In this document: piece after piece, positions 9,453-18,653 of the stretch
How positions within the stretch are numbered: position 1 is the first letter of the stretch
Layout of the letters: each line of letters begins with the position of its first letter
NCBI GenBank assembly: GCA_016783745.1
Contig: JADHVZ010000004.1
Location: 3,544-67,543 of the forward strand
Source of the DNA: Candidatus Omnitrophota bacterium
GTDB lineage: Bacteria; Omnitrophota; Gorgyraeia; JAHIPI01
Direction: 5' to 3'
DNA length: 64,000 nucleotides
Notes under the pieces: model-generated
Told to the model about the DNA's origin: nothing
Database searches by the model: none
Seen by the model: only the letters and a program-made list of their open reading frames with translations
Made by a program: the position numbers and the translations under genes

Positions 9453-10165
9453 TCTCTTTTTTAAAACCGTGGGTAAGGAATAAGGCGCAAAAAAAACTGG
9501 CCTCCCTTCCGGACGACAGAGGGATAAAGATGCTATTGCGCCTTGAGGCGCGGCTGTCTTCTTTGACGCTTGGGACGATAAAATTGGCGGAACGCTCAAG
9601 AGGGGGGATCCATCCCAAGCATTGGATCACGGATTTTGTGGGCTTCTTCCTGGACAACATCAATGCCTCCGATACGGTTCTTGAGATAGGATGCGCATAC
9701 GGGCACGTTGCCTCAAGGATAGCGGAGAAAGCCAAACATGTTACTGCCATTGACATCCGCCGGGACGCTATTGAAAAGGCCGGGCAGCAGTTCAACCGCA
9801 GCAATATCTCGTTTATCAGCGCTGACTTTTTTGATTTTACGGATGGAAGTAAATTTGATGTAGTGGTCATGTCCAATGTCCTGGAGCACATAGCGGACCG
9901 CGGGAGATTTTTGGAGAAAGCGGCCGTCTTAGGCGGGAAATTGCTTATACGCGTGCCGGCCTTTGACAGGGACTGGACGGTGCCTTATAAAAAGAAACTG
10001 GGCTTGGAATGGCGTTTAAACGATGGCCATGAAGTGGAGTATACGGAAGGCATGCTGAGAGATGAGCTTGGCCGCGCGGGCCTGTCCGTGAAATATCTAT
10101 GCTGTAAATGGGGTAACTATTGCTGCATAGCCGAGAAAAAAAGAGGCGATAACGGGCGATCATGA
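9449..10165 (+). CDS. class I SAM-dependent methyltransferase
   Basis: 'VLEIGCAYGHVASRIAEKAKHVTAIDIRRDAIEKA...FDVVVMSNVLEHIAD'. Confidence 0.75.
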   Translation: MISFLKPWVRNKAQKKLASLPDDRGIKMLLRLEARLSSLTLGTIKLAERSRGGIHPKHWITDFVGFFLDNINASDTVLEIGCAYGHVASRIAEKAKHVTAIDIRRDAIEKAGQQFNRSNISFISADFFDFTDGSKFDVVVMSNVLEHIADRGRFLEKAAVLGGKLLIRVPAFDRDWTVPYKKKLGLEWRLNDGHEVEYTEGMLRDELGRAGLSVKYLCCKWGNYCCIAEKKRGDNGRS

Positions 10166-11733
10166 ATATTATTTTTACAAGTTCGGGGATAGGCCTGAAG
10201 GTTTTTTATTCTATACTAAGAAGGATCAAAGATCCTCTGAAGGTCGAGAAGGCAGGGTTTTATGTAGCCCATTCGATGTACTATAGCCGTTTTGTCAAAG
10301 AACATCCCGATGTCGAATCTGACTATCAGGTAGTCAAAGAGTGGGAGATCCTGGAAAGGTCAAGAAAACTAAAGCCTGATCCTGAAAAAATCAGCGCCTA
10401 TGAAAAGGCCATCGGAAACCCTACCCTTTGGGAGCCTCTTGTATGCGATCGCAGGGTCTATCTGGGGAGGCGTTGTAAAGAGAAACAGGACTATCGCCCG
10501 TCGTTTACGCATGAGGGGATGCTGGGCATCCTTCAGGCGGCGCTGGAGGAGATCGAGGGCTTATTGGATAGAGTAAAGCCCGATCTTGTTTTTTCCCTGG
10601 ACCCTACTACGTTCGGGGATTATATCATGTATCTCTTTTGCAGGGCAAGGAACATACCTATGTTTTTTTTAAGGACAACAAAGATCAAGAACTACGTTGA
10701 ATTCAACGACGGCATGTTCGGCTGTTCCTCGCATATCTATAGGATGTTTCAGGAATATGAAAGAAATAACGCCTATGACAGGTGGGTAAAGGAAGCCGAA
10801 GCGTATCTGGAGGAAACTAGAAATAAGGATTCAAGGTATGAGGGGATGGTGCTTGTTTCACCCGAGAGAAAAAAAGAAGACCCGCCGGCCGGTATCGCGA
10901 GATCTCTCATAAGGGGATTGATGAGTGAGGCGGATTATCTCCTGAAATACAAGAGAGACAGCCACATCCCGGGTATCTTTATACCGTTCGCGTATCAAAA
11001 GTTTATTCTGCCTTTTAAGGCAAGGCTTCAACACCTGCGGTATTCGAGGTATTACGTGACAGAGAACAGGCTTGATTCCTTGAATTTCGCCTTTTATCCT
11101 CTCCAGTCTGAGCCGGAGATCTCGTCCTTGATCTGGGGTAAATCCTATATGAACCAGATAGAGACGATCAGAAATATTGCCCGAAGCCTTCCGGTTGGGA
11201 TGAAGCTTTTAGTAAAGGAACACCCCCGCGCCGTGGGGTATCGATCCTTCGGATATTACAAAAAGATTTTGCAAATACCTAATACCATGCTTATTTCTCC
11301 GTATGTAAAGGCGAGGCCTGTGATCAAGAGGGCTAAAGCCATTATTTCCATAGCTACTTTTGTGGCATTTGAGGCTGTAATACACAGGGTACCTTCGATA
11401 ATGCTGGGTGGGCCGCGGCCGTTTTCTATTTTACCGGATTCGATGATGCGTTACGTCCATAGCATGAATGACCTTGCCGCGGAGATCAACGGACTTTTAA
11501 GAGATTATGAATATAAAGAAAGGCCCCTCATTCATTATATCGCGGCTACCATGCGCGGGTCAGTGCCCGTTAATTACTTTACGACCATGTTAAAGAAGAA
11601 AAGCCGCTACGTTGGTTCAGCCAGCTGTGAATTTGAGGAGGAGATCGAGAAGTTGTCCCATTACACGATTCAAAGGGTCAAAGAAGTCATGGAAGCCAGA
11701 GAAGTTAAAGAAGCCAGAGAAGTGCTGTCATGA
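10162..11733 (+). CDS. KpsC/KpsS/LpsZ-like capsule-polysaccharide biosynthesis protein (GT-B-like, candidate ulosonic-acid transferase), paralog 1
   Basis: 523 aa. 'FAFYPLQSEPEISS...LLVKEHPRAVGY...AKAIISIATFVAFEAVIHRVPSIMLGG' gives an HP motif plus a GT-B C-terminal-type 'ST..EA....P' loop, as in beta-Kdo transferases and sialyltransferase-like GT-B enzymes. Motif-level only. Confidence 0.4.
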   Translation: MNIIFTSSGIGLKVFYSILRRIKDPLKVEKAGFYVAHSMYYSRFVKEHPDVESDYQVVKEWEILERSRKLKPDPEKISAYEKAIGNPTLWEPLVCDRRVYLGRRCKEKQDYRPSFTHEGMLGILQAALEEIEGLLDRVKPDLVFSLDPTTFGDYIMYLFCRARNIPMFFLRTTKIKNYVEFNDGMFGCSSHIYRMFQEYERNNAYDRWVKEAEAYLEETRNKDSRYEGMVLVSPERKKEDPPAGIARSLIRGLMSEADYLLKYKRDSHIPGIFIPFAYQKFILPFKARLQHLRYSRYYVTENRLDSLNFAFYPLQSEPEISSLIWGKSYMNQIETIRNIARSLPVGMKLLVKEHPRAVGYRSFGYYKKILQIPNTMLISPYVKARPVIKRAKAIISIATFVAFEAVIHRVPSIMLGGPRPFSILPDSMMRYVHSMNDLAAEINGLLRDYEYKERPLIHYIAATMRGSVPVNYFTTMLKKKSRYVGSASCEFEEEIEKLSHYTIQRVKEVMEAREVKEAREVLS

Positions 11734-12707
11734 AGAAGATCCTTATAACAGGCGGATGCGGGTTTATCGGAACGAATCTCATTGCCCGGCTGCTGAAGGA
11801 AAAAGACAGGCTGTTTATACGCGTTCTGGATAATCTGTCTGTTGGGACAGAAAAGGCGTTTGAGGACGTTTGCTCAGCTGATCCCGCTCCGGATGCGGAG
11901 CTTATCATAGGAGATATCCGCGATATTAAGGCCTGCATAAGGTGCTGTGAGGGGATTGATACTCTCGTGCATCTGGCCGCGGATACAGGAGTTGCCCCTT
12001 CCGTCGAAAATCCCCGCGTGGATATGGAAGTCAATGTCATCGGCACAGTCAATCTTCTAGAGGCGATGCGTGAGCGCGGAGTCGAAAGATTTATTTTCGC
12101 TTCAAGCGGAGCTCCGCTGGGTGAGGCCAAACTGCCGATCTGTGAGGAAAGCGCGCCAAAGCCGGTATCCCCGTATGGCGCAAGCAAACTGGCAGGGGAA
12201 GGATATTGTTCCGCGTATTATAGGACGTACGGCATAAAAACATTTACTTTGCGGTTCAGCAATGTGTACGGGCCGCGGTCTTTTCATAAGCAAAGTGTTG
12301 TCGCCAGGTTTATCAGGAGCGCGCTGGAAGGCAAGGCCATTGAGGTTTACGGCGATGGCAATCAGACGAGGGATTTCATACATGTTGATGACCTTGTTCA
12401 AGCAATAGTCCTGGCCGCCGGCGCAGAGGCCGGAGGAGAGGTTTTTCAGATAGCGACAAGCCGGGAAACAACTATAAGCGAGATAGCGTCACGTATTGAA
12501 AAGATAATCGAAGCGAAGGTAGGCATGACCACGGATATCGCTTATACCGGTTCCAGGCGCGGCGACGTAAGAAGAAATTTCTCAGATATTTCTAAGGCGA
12601 AGAAAATATTGGGGTTTGCCCCGTGTGTGGATTTGGCAGAGGGGCTGGAACGCACAGTCAACTGGTTTATCAGTGAGGGTGCCCCTATAGGAGAAAAAAG
12701 TGAGTAG
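11730..12707 (+). CDS. NAD-dependent sugar epimerase/dehydratase (extended SDR, GalE-like)
   Basis: 'KILITGGCGFIGTNL' Rossmann motif and 'YGASKLAGE' YxxxK catalytic dyad. Confidence 0.8.
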   Translation: MKKILITGGCGFIGTNLIARLLKEKDRLFIRVLDNLSVGTEKAFEDVCSADPAPDAELIIGDIRDIKACIRCCEGIDTLVHLAADTGVAPSVENPRVDMEVNVIGTVNLLEAMRERGVERFIFASSGAPLGEAKLPICEESAPKPVSPYGASKLAGEGYCSAYYRTYGIKTFTLRFSNVYGPRSFHKQSVVARFIRSALEGKAIEVYGDGNQTRDFIHVDDLVQAIVLAAGAEAGGEVFQIATSRETTISEIASRIEKIIEAKVGMTTDIAYTGSRRGDVRRNFSDISKAKKILGFAPCVDLAEGLERTVNWFISEGAPIGEKSE

Positions 12708-14094
12708 TAAAGCCGGTATAAAAGTAAGTGTTATAATAACCGCGCGTAATTACGGGCAATATCTCAGCCAGTGCATAGACAGCGTCCTTAGTCAGAAATA
12801 CACATTTTATGAGATCATAGCGGTAAACGACGGAAGTACGGACAATACCGCGGAGATACTCGAAGGTTATCGCGCAAAACACCCCGATAGAATAAAAGTA
12901 ATCACCCTGGCAGGCGCAGGGCTGGCGAAGGCATGCAACGCCGGTATACGGAATTCAAGCGGGGAATACATAATCCGGCTGGACGCCGACGATTATTTTG
13001 ACGAGAACATCCTGCTCGTAGAAGCGAATATCCTTGATAATAATCCGGATGTCCACCTTGTTTACACGGACTATTACCGGATCGACAAACACGGAGGGAT
13101 CATAGATTCATACCGCCTTCCCAAAGTGAATGACGAAGTAGAGCTTCTGGACAGAAGCCCTCTGGCTGGCGGCGCCATGTTCCGGCGGGAATGCTACGAG
13201 GCGATCGGCGGATATAGCGAGGAGCTGCGCTATCAGGAAGATTATGATTTTTGGATACGTTTCATAGATAGGTTTAAGGTATATAACGTAAACCTGCCCC
13301 TCATGTATTATCGCAGGCACAGCGCGAGCATGTCGAACAATTTCGATGAGCGGATGAAGGCGCGCCAGTATGTAAAGAAAAAGTTTGTGGATGAGAAAGG
13401 GTACCGAAAGAATAAAAAGATTTTTGCCGTTATTCCCGCTATGGGGCATTTCAGGGGCCACGAGAAACTGGCGCTTAGAAAGCTAAACGGCAGGCCTCTG
13501 ATCGCATATACGATCGAGCAGGCATTGAAAACAAAATTGATAGCCAGGGTAATCGTCTCGACAGAGGACGAAGAGGTAGCAAATACAGCGACGGAATTGG
13601 GAGCGGACGTTCCTTTTCTGCGGCCTCAGGAATTGGCCAGGACGAGCGTAGGTGTGGATGAGGTGCTGCGGCACATGGTCGGAGTGTGGCGGGAGAGTGG
13701 CGAAGCCGTACCCGATCTGATCGTAGTCCTGCCGTATATAGCTGTGTTTCAGAAAGAACGGCACATAACCGAAGCAATAGACACTGTTTTGCTTCATGAT
13801 ACTGACTCGGTCATAGGCGTAACGACCGACCTTACCTTTCATTGGAAGCCCGGTAAATACGGGTTGGAACCGGTCGGCTACCATAAGCGCCTGTTGAGAG
13901 AAGACAGGGAGACCGTTTATAAAGAAACCGCGTCGATCTATGTTCTAAAGACGGCAATAGTGGAGGCAGGCGGCTATCTGGGGGAACAAATAGGGCATAT
14001 TGAGATGTCCCTCCGAGACGCGTGGCGCATCCAGAGCGACTTTGATTTTTTGGTAGCTGAGAAGATATTGGAAGAGGCGGTATACAAAGAATGA
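12700..14094 (+). CDS. fusion protein: N-terminal GT2 glycosyltransferase plus C-terminal NeuA-like cytidylyltransferase module with a degenerate CTP-binding loop
   Basis: N-terminus 'VSVIITARNYGQYLSQCIDSVLSQ...AVNDGSTDNT...RLDADDYF' is a GT2 (DxD). The C-terminal half 'IFAVIPAMGHFRGHEKLALRKLNGRPLIAYTIEQAL...VIVSTEDEEV' aligns to 'IPARGGSKGIPGKN' of NeuA, but with R->M and G/S/K substitutions. Confidence 0.7.
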   Translation: MSSKAGIKVSVIITARNYGQYLSQCIDSVLSQKYTFYEIIAVNDGSTDNTAEILEGYRAKHPDRIKVITLAGAGLAKACNAGIRNSSGEYIIRLDADDYFDENILLVEANILDNNPDVHLVYTDYYRIDKHGGIIDSYRLPKVNDEVELLDRSPLAGGAMFRRECYEAIGGYSEELRYQEDYDFWIRFIDRFKVYNVNLPLMYYRRHSASMSNNFDERMKARQYVKKKFVDEKGYRKNKKIFAVIPAMGHFRGHEKLALRKLNGRPLIAYTIEQALKTKLIARVIVSTEDEEVANTATELGADVPFLRPQELARTSVGVDEVLRHMVGVWRESGEAVPDLIVVLPYIAVFQKERHITEAIDTVLLHDTDSVIGVTTDLTFHWKPGKYGLEPVGYHKRLLREDRETVYKETASIYVLKTAIVEAGGYLGEQIGHIEMSLRDAWRIQSDFDFLVAEKILEEAVYKE

Positions 14095-15086
14095 TGAAGA
14101 TGACCAGTCTTACGGATAAGACCGGGCTTAATGCCAGGCTCAGGAATGTCAGAAAGCGCGGTTTTAAACCGCGCTACTGGTGGTACCGTTTCAAGTGGAA
14201 TTATTATCCGCGATTGAGGCTGGCAAATCCAGTACCGCTCCACGTCGATATTGAATCCACGGATGCCTGTAATCTTAGATGCGCGATGTGTATACACGGC
14301 CAGGGCGGGGTAAAGGAGACCGGCTTCATCAAGCCCGAGCTTACTTATAAAGCGATCGACCAGTGCGCGGAGCTGGGTGTCTACTCGATAAAGTTCAACT
14401 ATCGCGGTGAACCTTTACTGCATAAAAACCTGGCGGATTTCGTGAAGTACGCTAAACAGAGGGGCATAATGGAGGTCCAGTTCAATACAAACGGCCTTCC
14501 CGTAAGCGAAGTTGAGATTGAAGCGTTGATAAAGGCAGGGCTCGACCGTATTATATTCTCGGTTGACGGCGCTAAGAAGGAAACGTATGAGAGGGTCCGA
14601 ATCGGCGGGAGTTATGAAAGATTACTTAAGAATATAGATACGTTTCTTGAAATCAAAAGAAGGGACGGTTTGAAGAAGCCTTTCATCCGGGTTCAGATGG
14701 TAAAAGATCCCGGAGGGGAAAAAGAGGCCAGGCAGTTTATAGAGTTCTGGACGCGGAAAGGCGTGGATAATATTGCGGTCATCAACAAGCAGGACAGGGA
14801 CAACAGGGGTGGCGCCCCGCTTAAAGACGGTAAAAGGCCCCTGGGCAGGACCTTCTGCGACCAGCCCTGGCAGAGGTTGGTTGTGACCAGGGACGGCAAG
14901 GTATTGATGTGCTGCGGAGATTGGTACAGAAAAACGGTAATAGGGGATTTAAATAAGGAAAGCTTGAAACAGATATGGCACAGTGAATTATTGAGAGGAC
15001 ATCGCTCTATGATCGCCAGAGGCCTTCTTGCGGATATCGCGGCCTGCAAGACCTGTTTCAGGCCGACAACATATAAGTGGGATTGA
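14091..15086 (+). CDS. radical SAM enzyme with C-terminal SPASM/twitch-type Cys-rich domain, paralog 1
   Basis: 'DACNLRCAMC' is CxxxCxxC, followed by a 'GEPLL' glycine-rich SAM motif. The C-terminal cysteines are 'CDQPWQRLVVTRDGKVLMCCGDW...CKTCF'. Confidence 0.85.
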   Translation: MMKMTSLTDKTGLNARLRNVRKRGFKPRYWWYRFKWNYYPRLRLANPVPLHVDIESTDACNLRCAMCIHGQGGVKETGFIKPELTYKAIDQCAELGVYSIKFNYRGEPLLHKNLADFVKYAKQRGIMEVQFNTNGLPVSEVEIEALIKAGLDRIIFSVDGAKKETYERVRIGGSYERLLKNIDTFLEIKRRDGLKKPFIRVQMVKDPGGEKEARQFIEFWTRKGVDNIAVINKQDRDNRGGAPLKDGKRPLGRTFCDQPWQRLVVTRDGKVLMCCGDWYRKTVIGDLNKESLKQIWHSELLRGHRSMIARGLLADIAACKTCFRPTTYKWD

Positions 15087-15087
15087 A

Positions 15088-16101
15088 GTGAATATAAAGG
15101 GACGTGAAATAAAGCCATATACGTCTATATTTGTGATCGCGGAAACGGCCTCAAGCCACGAAGGAAGGGTTGATATCGCCAAAAAGATGGCCGATGCCGC
15201 AGCCGCAGCGGGAGCCGATGCCATTAAGTTTCAGATGCTGGATGCCGACAGCCTGCTTGTGCCGGGGCATCATAAATATAAAAGCTTCAAAGAGATCCAA
15301 TTTTCGGAGCGGGAGTGGAGGGACATCATTGCTTATGCCAGGTCCACAGGATTATGCATTATTGCCGAGATATTTGACGATAAGAGCTTTGTGCTGGCCG
15401 AGCAGTTGAATATTGATATCTACAAGGTTCCTACTTCGGACCTGACAAATCCGTTCCTACTGTCCGGCATGGCGGCCAGTGGAAAGTTTGTCATTCTATC
15501 AGTCGGCTCTGCCACAGAAGCCGAAATCGAGTTCGCGGTTAAGGCGTTCGAGTCTAAAGGTAATAAAAATTTAGCCTTGATGCACGGTTTTCAAAACTTT
15601 CCGACAAAAATCGAGGATACGAAATTCAGACTTCTGGACTTTTTGAAGAGAAGGTACCCCTACTATATAGGGTTCGCGGATCATGTAGACGCGGAAAGCG
15701 AACTCGCGCTGGTTTTGCCGGCGGCCGCAATCGGATACGGGGCGAGTATTATCGAAAAACATATCACCTTGGACCGCTCCTTAAAAAAGAGGGATTATTA
15801 TTCGGCGCTTGATCCCCGGGAATTTTCCCGCATGGTGGGCCTGATAAGGGGCGTTGAGAAGGCATACGGTTCTCCGGGGTCAGGGCATTCTCCCGCGGAG
15901 GCCGCATACAGGAAATTAATGAAGAAAAAGATAGTCGCGGGCCGCAATATCGCAAAAGGGCAGATGATCCGCATGGAAGATATTATGTTTAGAAGGACGG
16001 ACGAAGACGGTTTGATCCCTGGCGAATATCAAAAGATCTTGCGGCAGGCAAAAAAAATTATGCCCGAGTATTCCGTGATAAGGGAAGAAGATGTCGATTA
16101 A
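15088..16101 (+). CDS. NeuB-family (non)ulosonic acid synthase, paralog 2 (start reassigned to GTG 15088, immediately after the upstream stop)
   Basis: 'IFVIAETASSHEGRVDIAKKMADAAAAAGADAIKFQM...LSVGSATEAEIEFAV...' plus a C-terminal SAF-like 'KKIVAGRNIAKGQMIRMEDIMFRR'. The ORF-track start 15028 overlaps the upstream gene, and GTG 15088 gives an N-terminus matching the paralogs. Confidence 0.8.
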   Translation: MNIKGREIKPYTSIFVIAETASSHEGRVDIAKKMADAAAAAGADAIKFQMLDADSLLVPGHHKYKSFKEIQFSEREWRDIIAYARSTGLCIIAEIFDDKSFVLAEQLNIDIYKVPTSDLTNPFLLSGMAASGKFVILSVGSATEAEIEFAVKAFESKGNKNLALMHGFQNFPTKIEDTKFRLLDFLKRRYPYYIGFADHVDAESELALVLPAAAIGYGASIIEKHITLDRSLKKRDYYSALDPREFSRMVGLIRGVEKAYGSPGSGHSPAEAAYRKLMKKKIVAGRNIAKGQMIRMEDIMFRRTDEDGLIPGEYQKILRQAKKIMPEYSVIREEDVD

Positions 16102-16855
16102 TCCAAAAATAGTCAGTTTGGTCGCCGTGAGGATGAAGTCCGTCAGGCTTCCGGGCAAGGCGCTGCTGCCTCTGTGCGGCAGGCCTGTTCTATGGCATTT
16201 GATGGGCCGCATTCTAAGGGCAAGGCTTCCCGGTAAGGCAGTCATCTGCACTTCGACACTTGAAGAAGACGATCCTATCGAGACATTCGCCGAACAGAAT
16301 GATTTCGACCTTTTTAGGGGGCATCCGGATAACGTCCTGCTGCGTTTTGCGGAGGCCGGCGAAAAATACAGAGCCGGACATATCGTAAGAATAACAGGAG
16401 ACAACCCCCTTACGGATCCGTACCTTATCGATGAGATGGCACGGCTTCACATCGCGGAACAGGCAGATTATACCTTTACGGAGGATCCGCCGCGGGGCAC
16501 AAGGCCCGAGATCATCTCGATGGCGGCAATAAAAAGGTGCCTGGAGCTGGCGGAAGAACCCGACAACAGCGAGTACATGACGCTATATTTCAAAGATTAC
16601 CCCGGGGTATTCAGGAATATAAAATATTCATGCCCTCAGAGCTATTGCCGCCCGGATTACCTGGTAACAATTGATACGCCGGAAGATCTTGAGGTTGTAA
16701 AAAGAATCTATTCCTCTCTCTACAACAAAAATAATGAATTCACATTAAGAGAGGTTATAGATTTTTTAGATTCAAGACCTGAGATCGATCACGCCGGCAG
16801 AATAAATGACCCGGCAGAATCGTTTAAAGTGAATACAGGACTTAAGGCGCTATGA
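16091..16855 (+). CDS. CTP_transf_3 cytidylyltransferase of the SpsF/PseF-like subtype (CMP-ulosonic acid synthetase)
   Basis: 'IVSLVAVRMKSVRLPGKALLPLCGRPVLWHLM...ITGDNPLTDPYLIDEMARLH' has the P-loop R...K(S)xRLPGK typical of PseF/SpsF-like cytidylyltransferases. Confidence 0.7.
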   Translation: MSINPKIVSLVAVRMKSVRLPGKALLPLCGRPVLWHLMGRILRARLPGKAVICTSTLEEDDPIETFAEQNDFDLFRGHPDNVLLRFAEAGEKYRAGHIVRITGDNPLTDPYLIDEMARLHIAEQADYTFTEDPPRGTRPEIISMAAIKRCLELAEEPDNSEYMTLYFKDYPGVFRNIKYSCPQSYCRPDYLVTIDTPEDLEVVKRIYSSLYNKNNEFTLREVIDFLDSRPEIDHAGRINDPAESFKVNTGLKAL

Positions 16856-17595
16856 AGGCATTATGCGTGATCCCGGCCAGAGGCGGCTCTAAAGGCATAC
16901 CGGGTAAGAATATCAGGCTGGTGGACGGCAAGCCGCTGATCGGGTTTGTCATCGAAGCTGTCGTGCGATCGGGTGTTTTTGATAAGGCTATTGTATCAAC
17001 GGACTCGGCAGAGATAGCGGATATCGTCAATAGATATTATCCCGAAATCGATGTACCTTTTATCAGGCCCGCAGAACTTGCCGGGGATGATGTGCCTGTT
17101 ACGGCAGTGATAAAACACGCTGTTGATTTTTATGAAAAAGAAGATTTTGGACTCGTATTTTCAGTACAGTCGACAAACCCATTTACGAGGCCTGAGACAT
17201 TGACCGGCATGCTGGATATCATGAATGGGGATAAGTGTGATTCTATAGTGACCATTGCAAAAATACTTCATTTGCATCCGTTTCGTTCTTACCGGTACGA
17301 CTCAGAGACGATGCGGATCTCCCCGCTTACGCAGTACACAAAGGAGTTATTTCTGCAGAAGCAGGACAGGCCGGACGCTTACGGCTTGACCGGCGGAGTA
17401 CTTGGCCGCAGATCTCGATTGATCAAAGAGTGGGCCGGCAAAGGACTTGCCCTCGGAGAAGATCAACGGGGATATGTGGTCCAAGAGGAAGAGGCATTTG
17501 ACCTGGATACGCCTTTTGAGATGAACCTCTTTGAGAGCTTGATTTCCGCCAGAAGCGCAAAGGCAGCCATGGCAATGGAGGAAGGCCGACGATGA
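16852..17595 (+). CDS. NeuA-like cytidylyltransferase, paralog 2
   Basis: 'ALCVIPARGGSKGIPGKNIRLVDGKPLIGFVIEAV'. Confidence 0.85.
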   Translation: MKALCVIPARGGSKGIPGKNIRLVDGKPLIGFVIEAVVRSGVFDKAIVSTDSAEIADIVNRYYPEIDVPFIRPAELAGDDVPVTAVIKHAVDFYEKEDFGLVFSVQSTNPFTRPETLTGMLDIMNGDKCDSIVTIAKILHLHPFRSYRYDSETMRISPLTQYTKELFLQKQDRPDAYGLTGGVLGRRSRLIKEWAGKGLALGEDQRGYVVQEEEAFDLDTPFEMNLFESLISARSAKAAMAMEEGRR

Positions 17596-18626
17596 AAGGC
17601 CTGAAGTTATATTCGACTACCGGAAGAAAGCATCTATATCTGCTGAATGAAGAAACAGACCGTATAATGGTGGATGCTGTCGGCAGAGAATACCTGAAAT
17701 ACAGAGAGATATGGGAGAAGGTCACAAAGGCAGAGCTGGAGCCCGATTTTCCGCCGCAGATCGATTTTGAGCTTAGTACCACTTGCAACTATTTTTGCCC
17801 CATGTGCCCGGCGGAACTGCGGGCGCCCGGCTCAAAAATGAAATGCATGGATTATTCATTATATACAAAGGTATTGAGCGACGGTTTTAAAAATGGGCTG
17901 AAATCCGTGGAATTAAATTATGTAAATGAGCCCCTTATGCTGAGGGACATAGCAAGATTCATCTCATACGCAAGGGAGGCCGGCGCTTTGGATGTACTTC
18001 TCAATTCAAACGGGAGCCTCTTGACAGAGGAGATGTCCGAAAAAATCATCTCAGCCGGCCTGACCAAGCTCTCGATATCCCTTGAGGCGGTAACCGAAGC
18101 TACATACGGCAAAATAAGGTACGGAGGAAATTTCGGCAAAGTCGTCAATAACGTCTTAAAATTTATTGAAATCAGAAAGGCTATGGGGAAGAGATTACCG
18201 TTACTCAAGCTGACGTATCTCATGACTAAGGTGAATGTCCATGAGTTCGACGAATATATCGAATACTGGAAGGACAAGGCCGATCTGATCTCTATTCAAA
18301 ACCTCACTAACCCGCTTGAGGGAGAACGCCGGCAAAAACTAGAAGACCTTTTCGCCATAGACGGTATCAAATTAGATTCCGACGAAGCCTTCAAGTGTGT
18401 CTTGCCGCTGCAAAGAATGGTGGTGAGGCATGACGGTACTGTTTTGGCCTGCTGCCATTTCAGGGGGATCGGACTTGTTCTCGGAAACGTAAAAGAACAG
18501 AACATAGTTGATATTTATCACAGCGGTTTTGCCGCAAGGATAAGACGGCTATTAATGGCCGGGGAATATGCAAAGATACCTGTCTGTAAGAGGTGCGTTG
18601 AGAATTCCCGGCTGGCAAATTACTGA
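17592..18626 (+). CDS. radical SAM enzyme with SPASM/twitch-type domain, paralog 2
   Basis: 'TTCNYFCPMC' is CxxxCxxC, followed by 'NEPLM'. The C-terminal cysteines are 'CVLPLQRMVVRHDGTVLACCHFRG...CKRC'. Same architecture as 14091-15086. Confidence 0.85.
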   Translation: MKGLKLYSTTGRKHLYLLNEETDRIMVDAVGREYLKYREIWEKVTKAELEPDFPPQIDFELSTTCNYFCPMCPAELRAPGSKMKCMDYSLYTKVLSDGFKNGLKSVELNYVNEPLMLRDIARFISYAREAGALDVLLNSNGSLLTEEMSEKIISAGLTKLSISLEAVTEATYGKIRYGGNFGKVVNNVLKFIEIRKAMGKRLPLLKLTYLMTKVNVHEFDEYIEYWKDKADLISIQNLTNPLEGERRQKLEDLFAIDGIKLDSDEAFKCVLPLQRMVVRHDGTVLACCHFRGIGLVLGNVKEQNIVDIYHSGFAARIRRLLMAGEYAKIPVCKRCVENSRLANY

Positions 18627-18653
18627 CCGATCGAATTATTTTTTATGTGAGGT

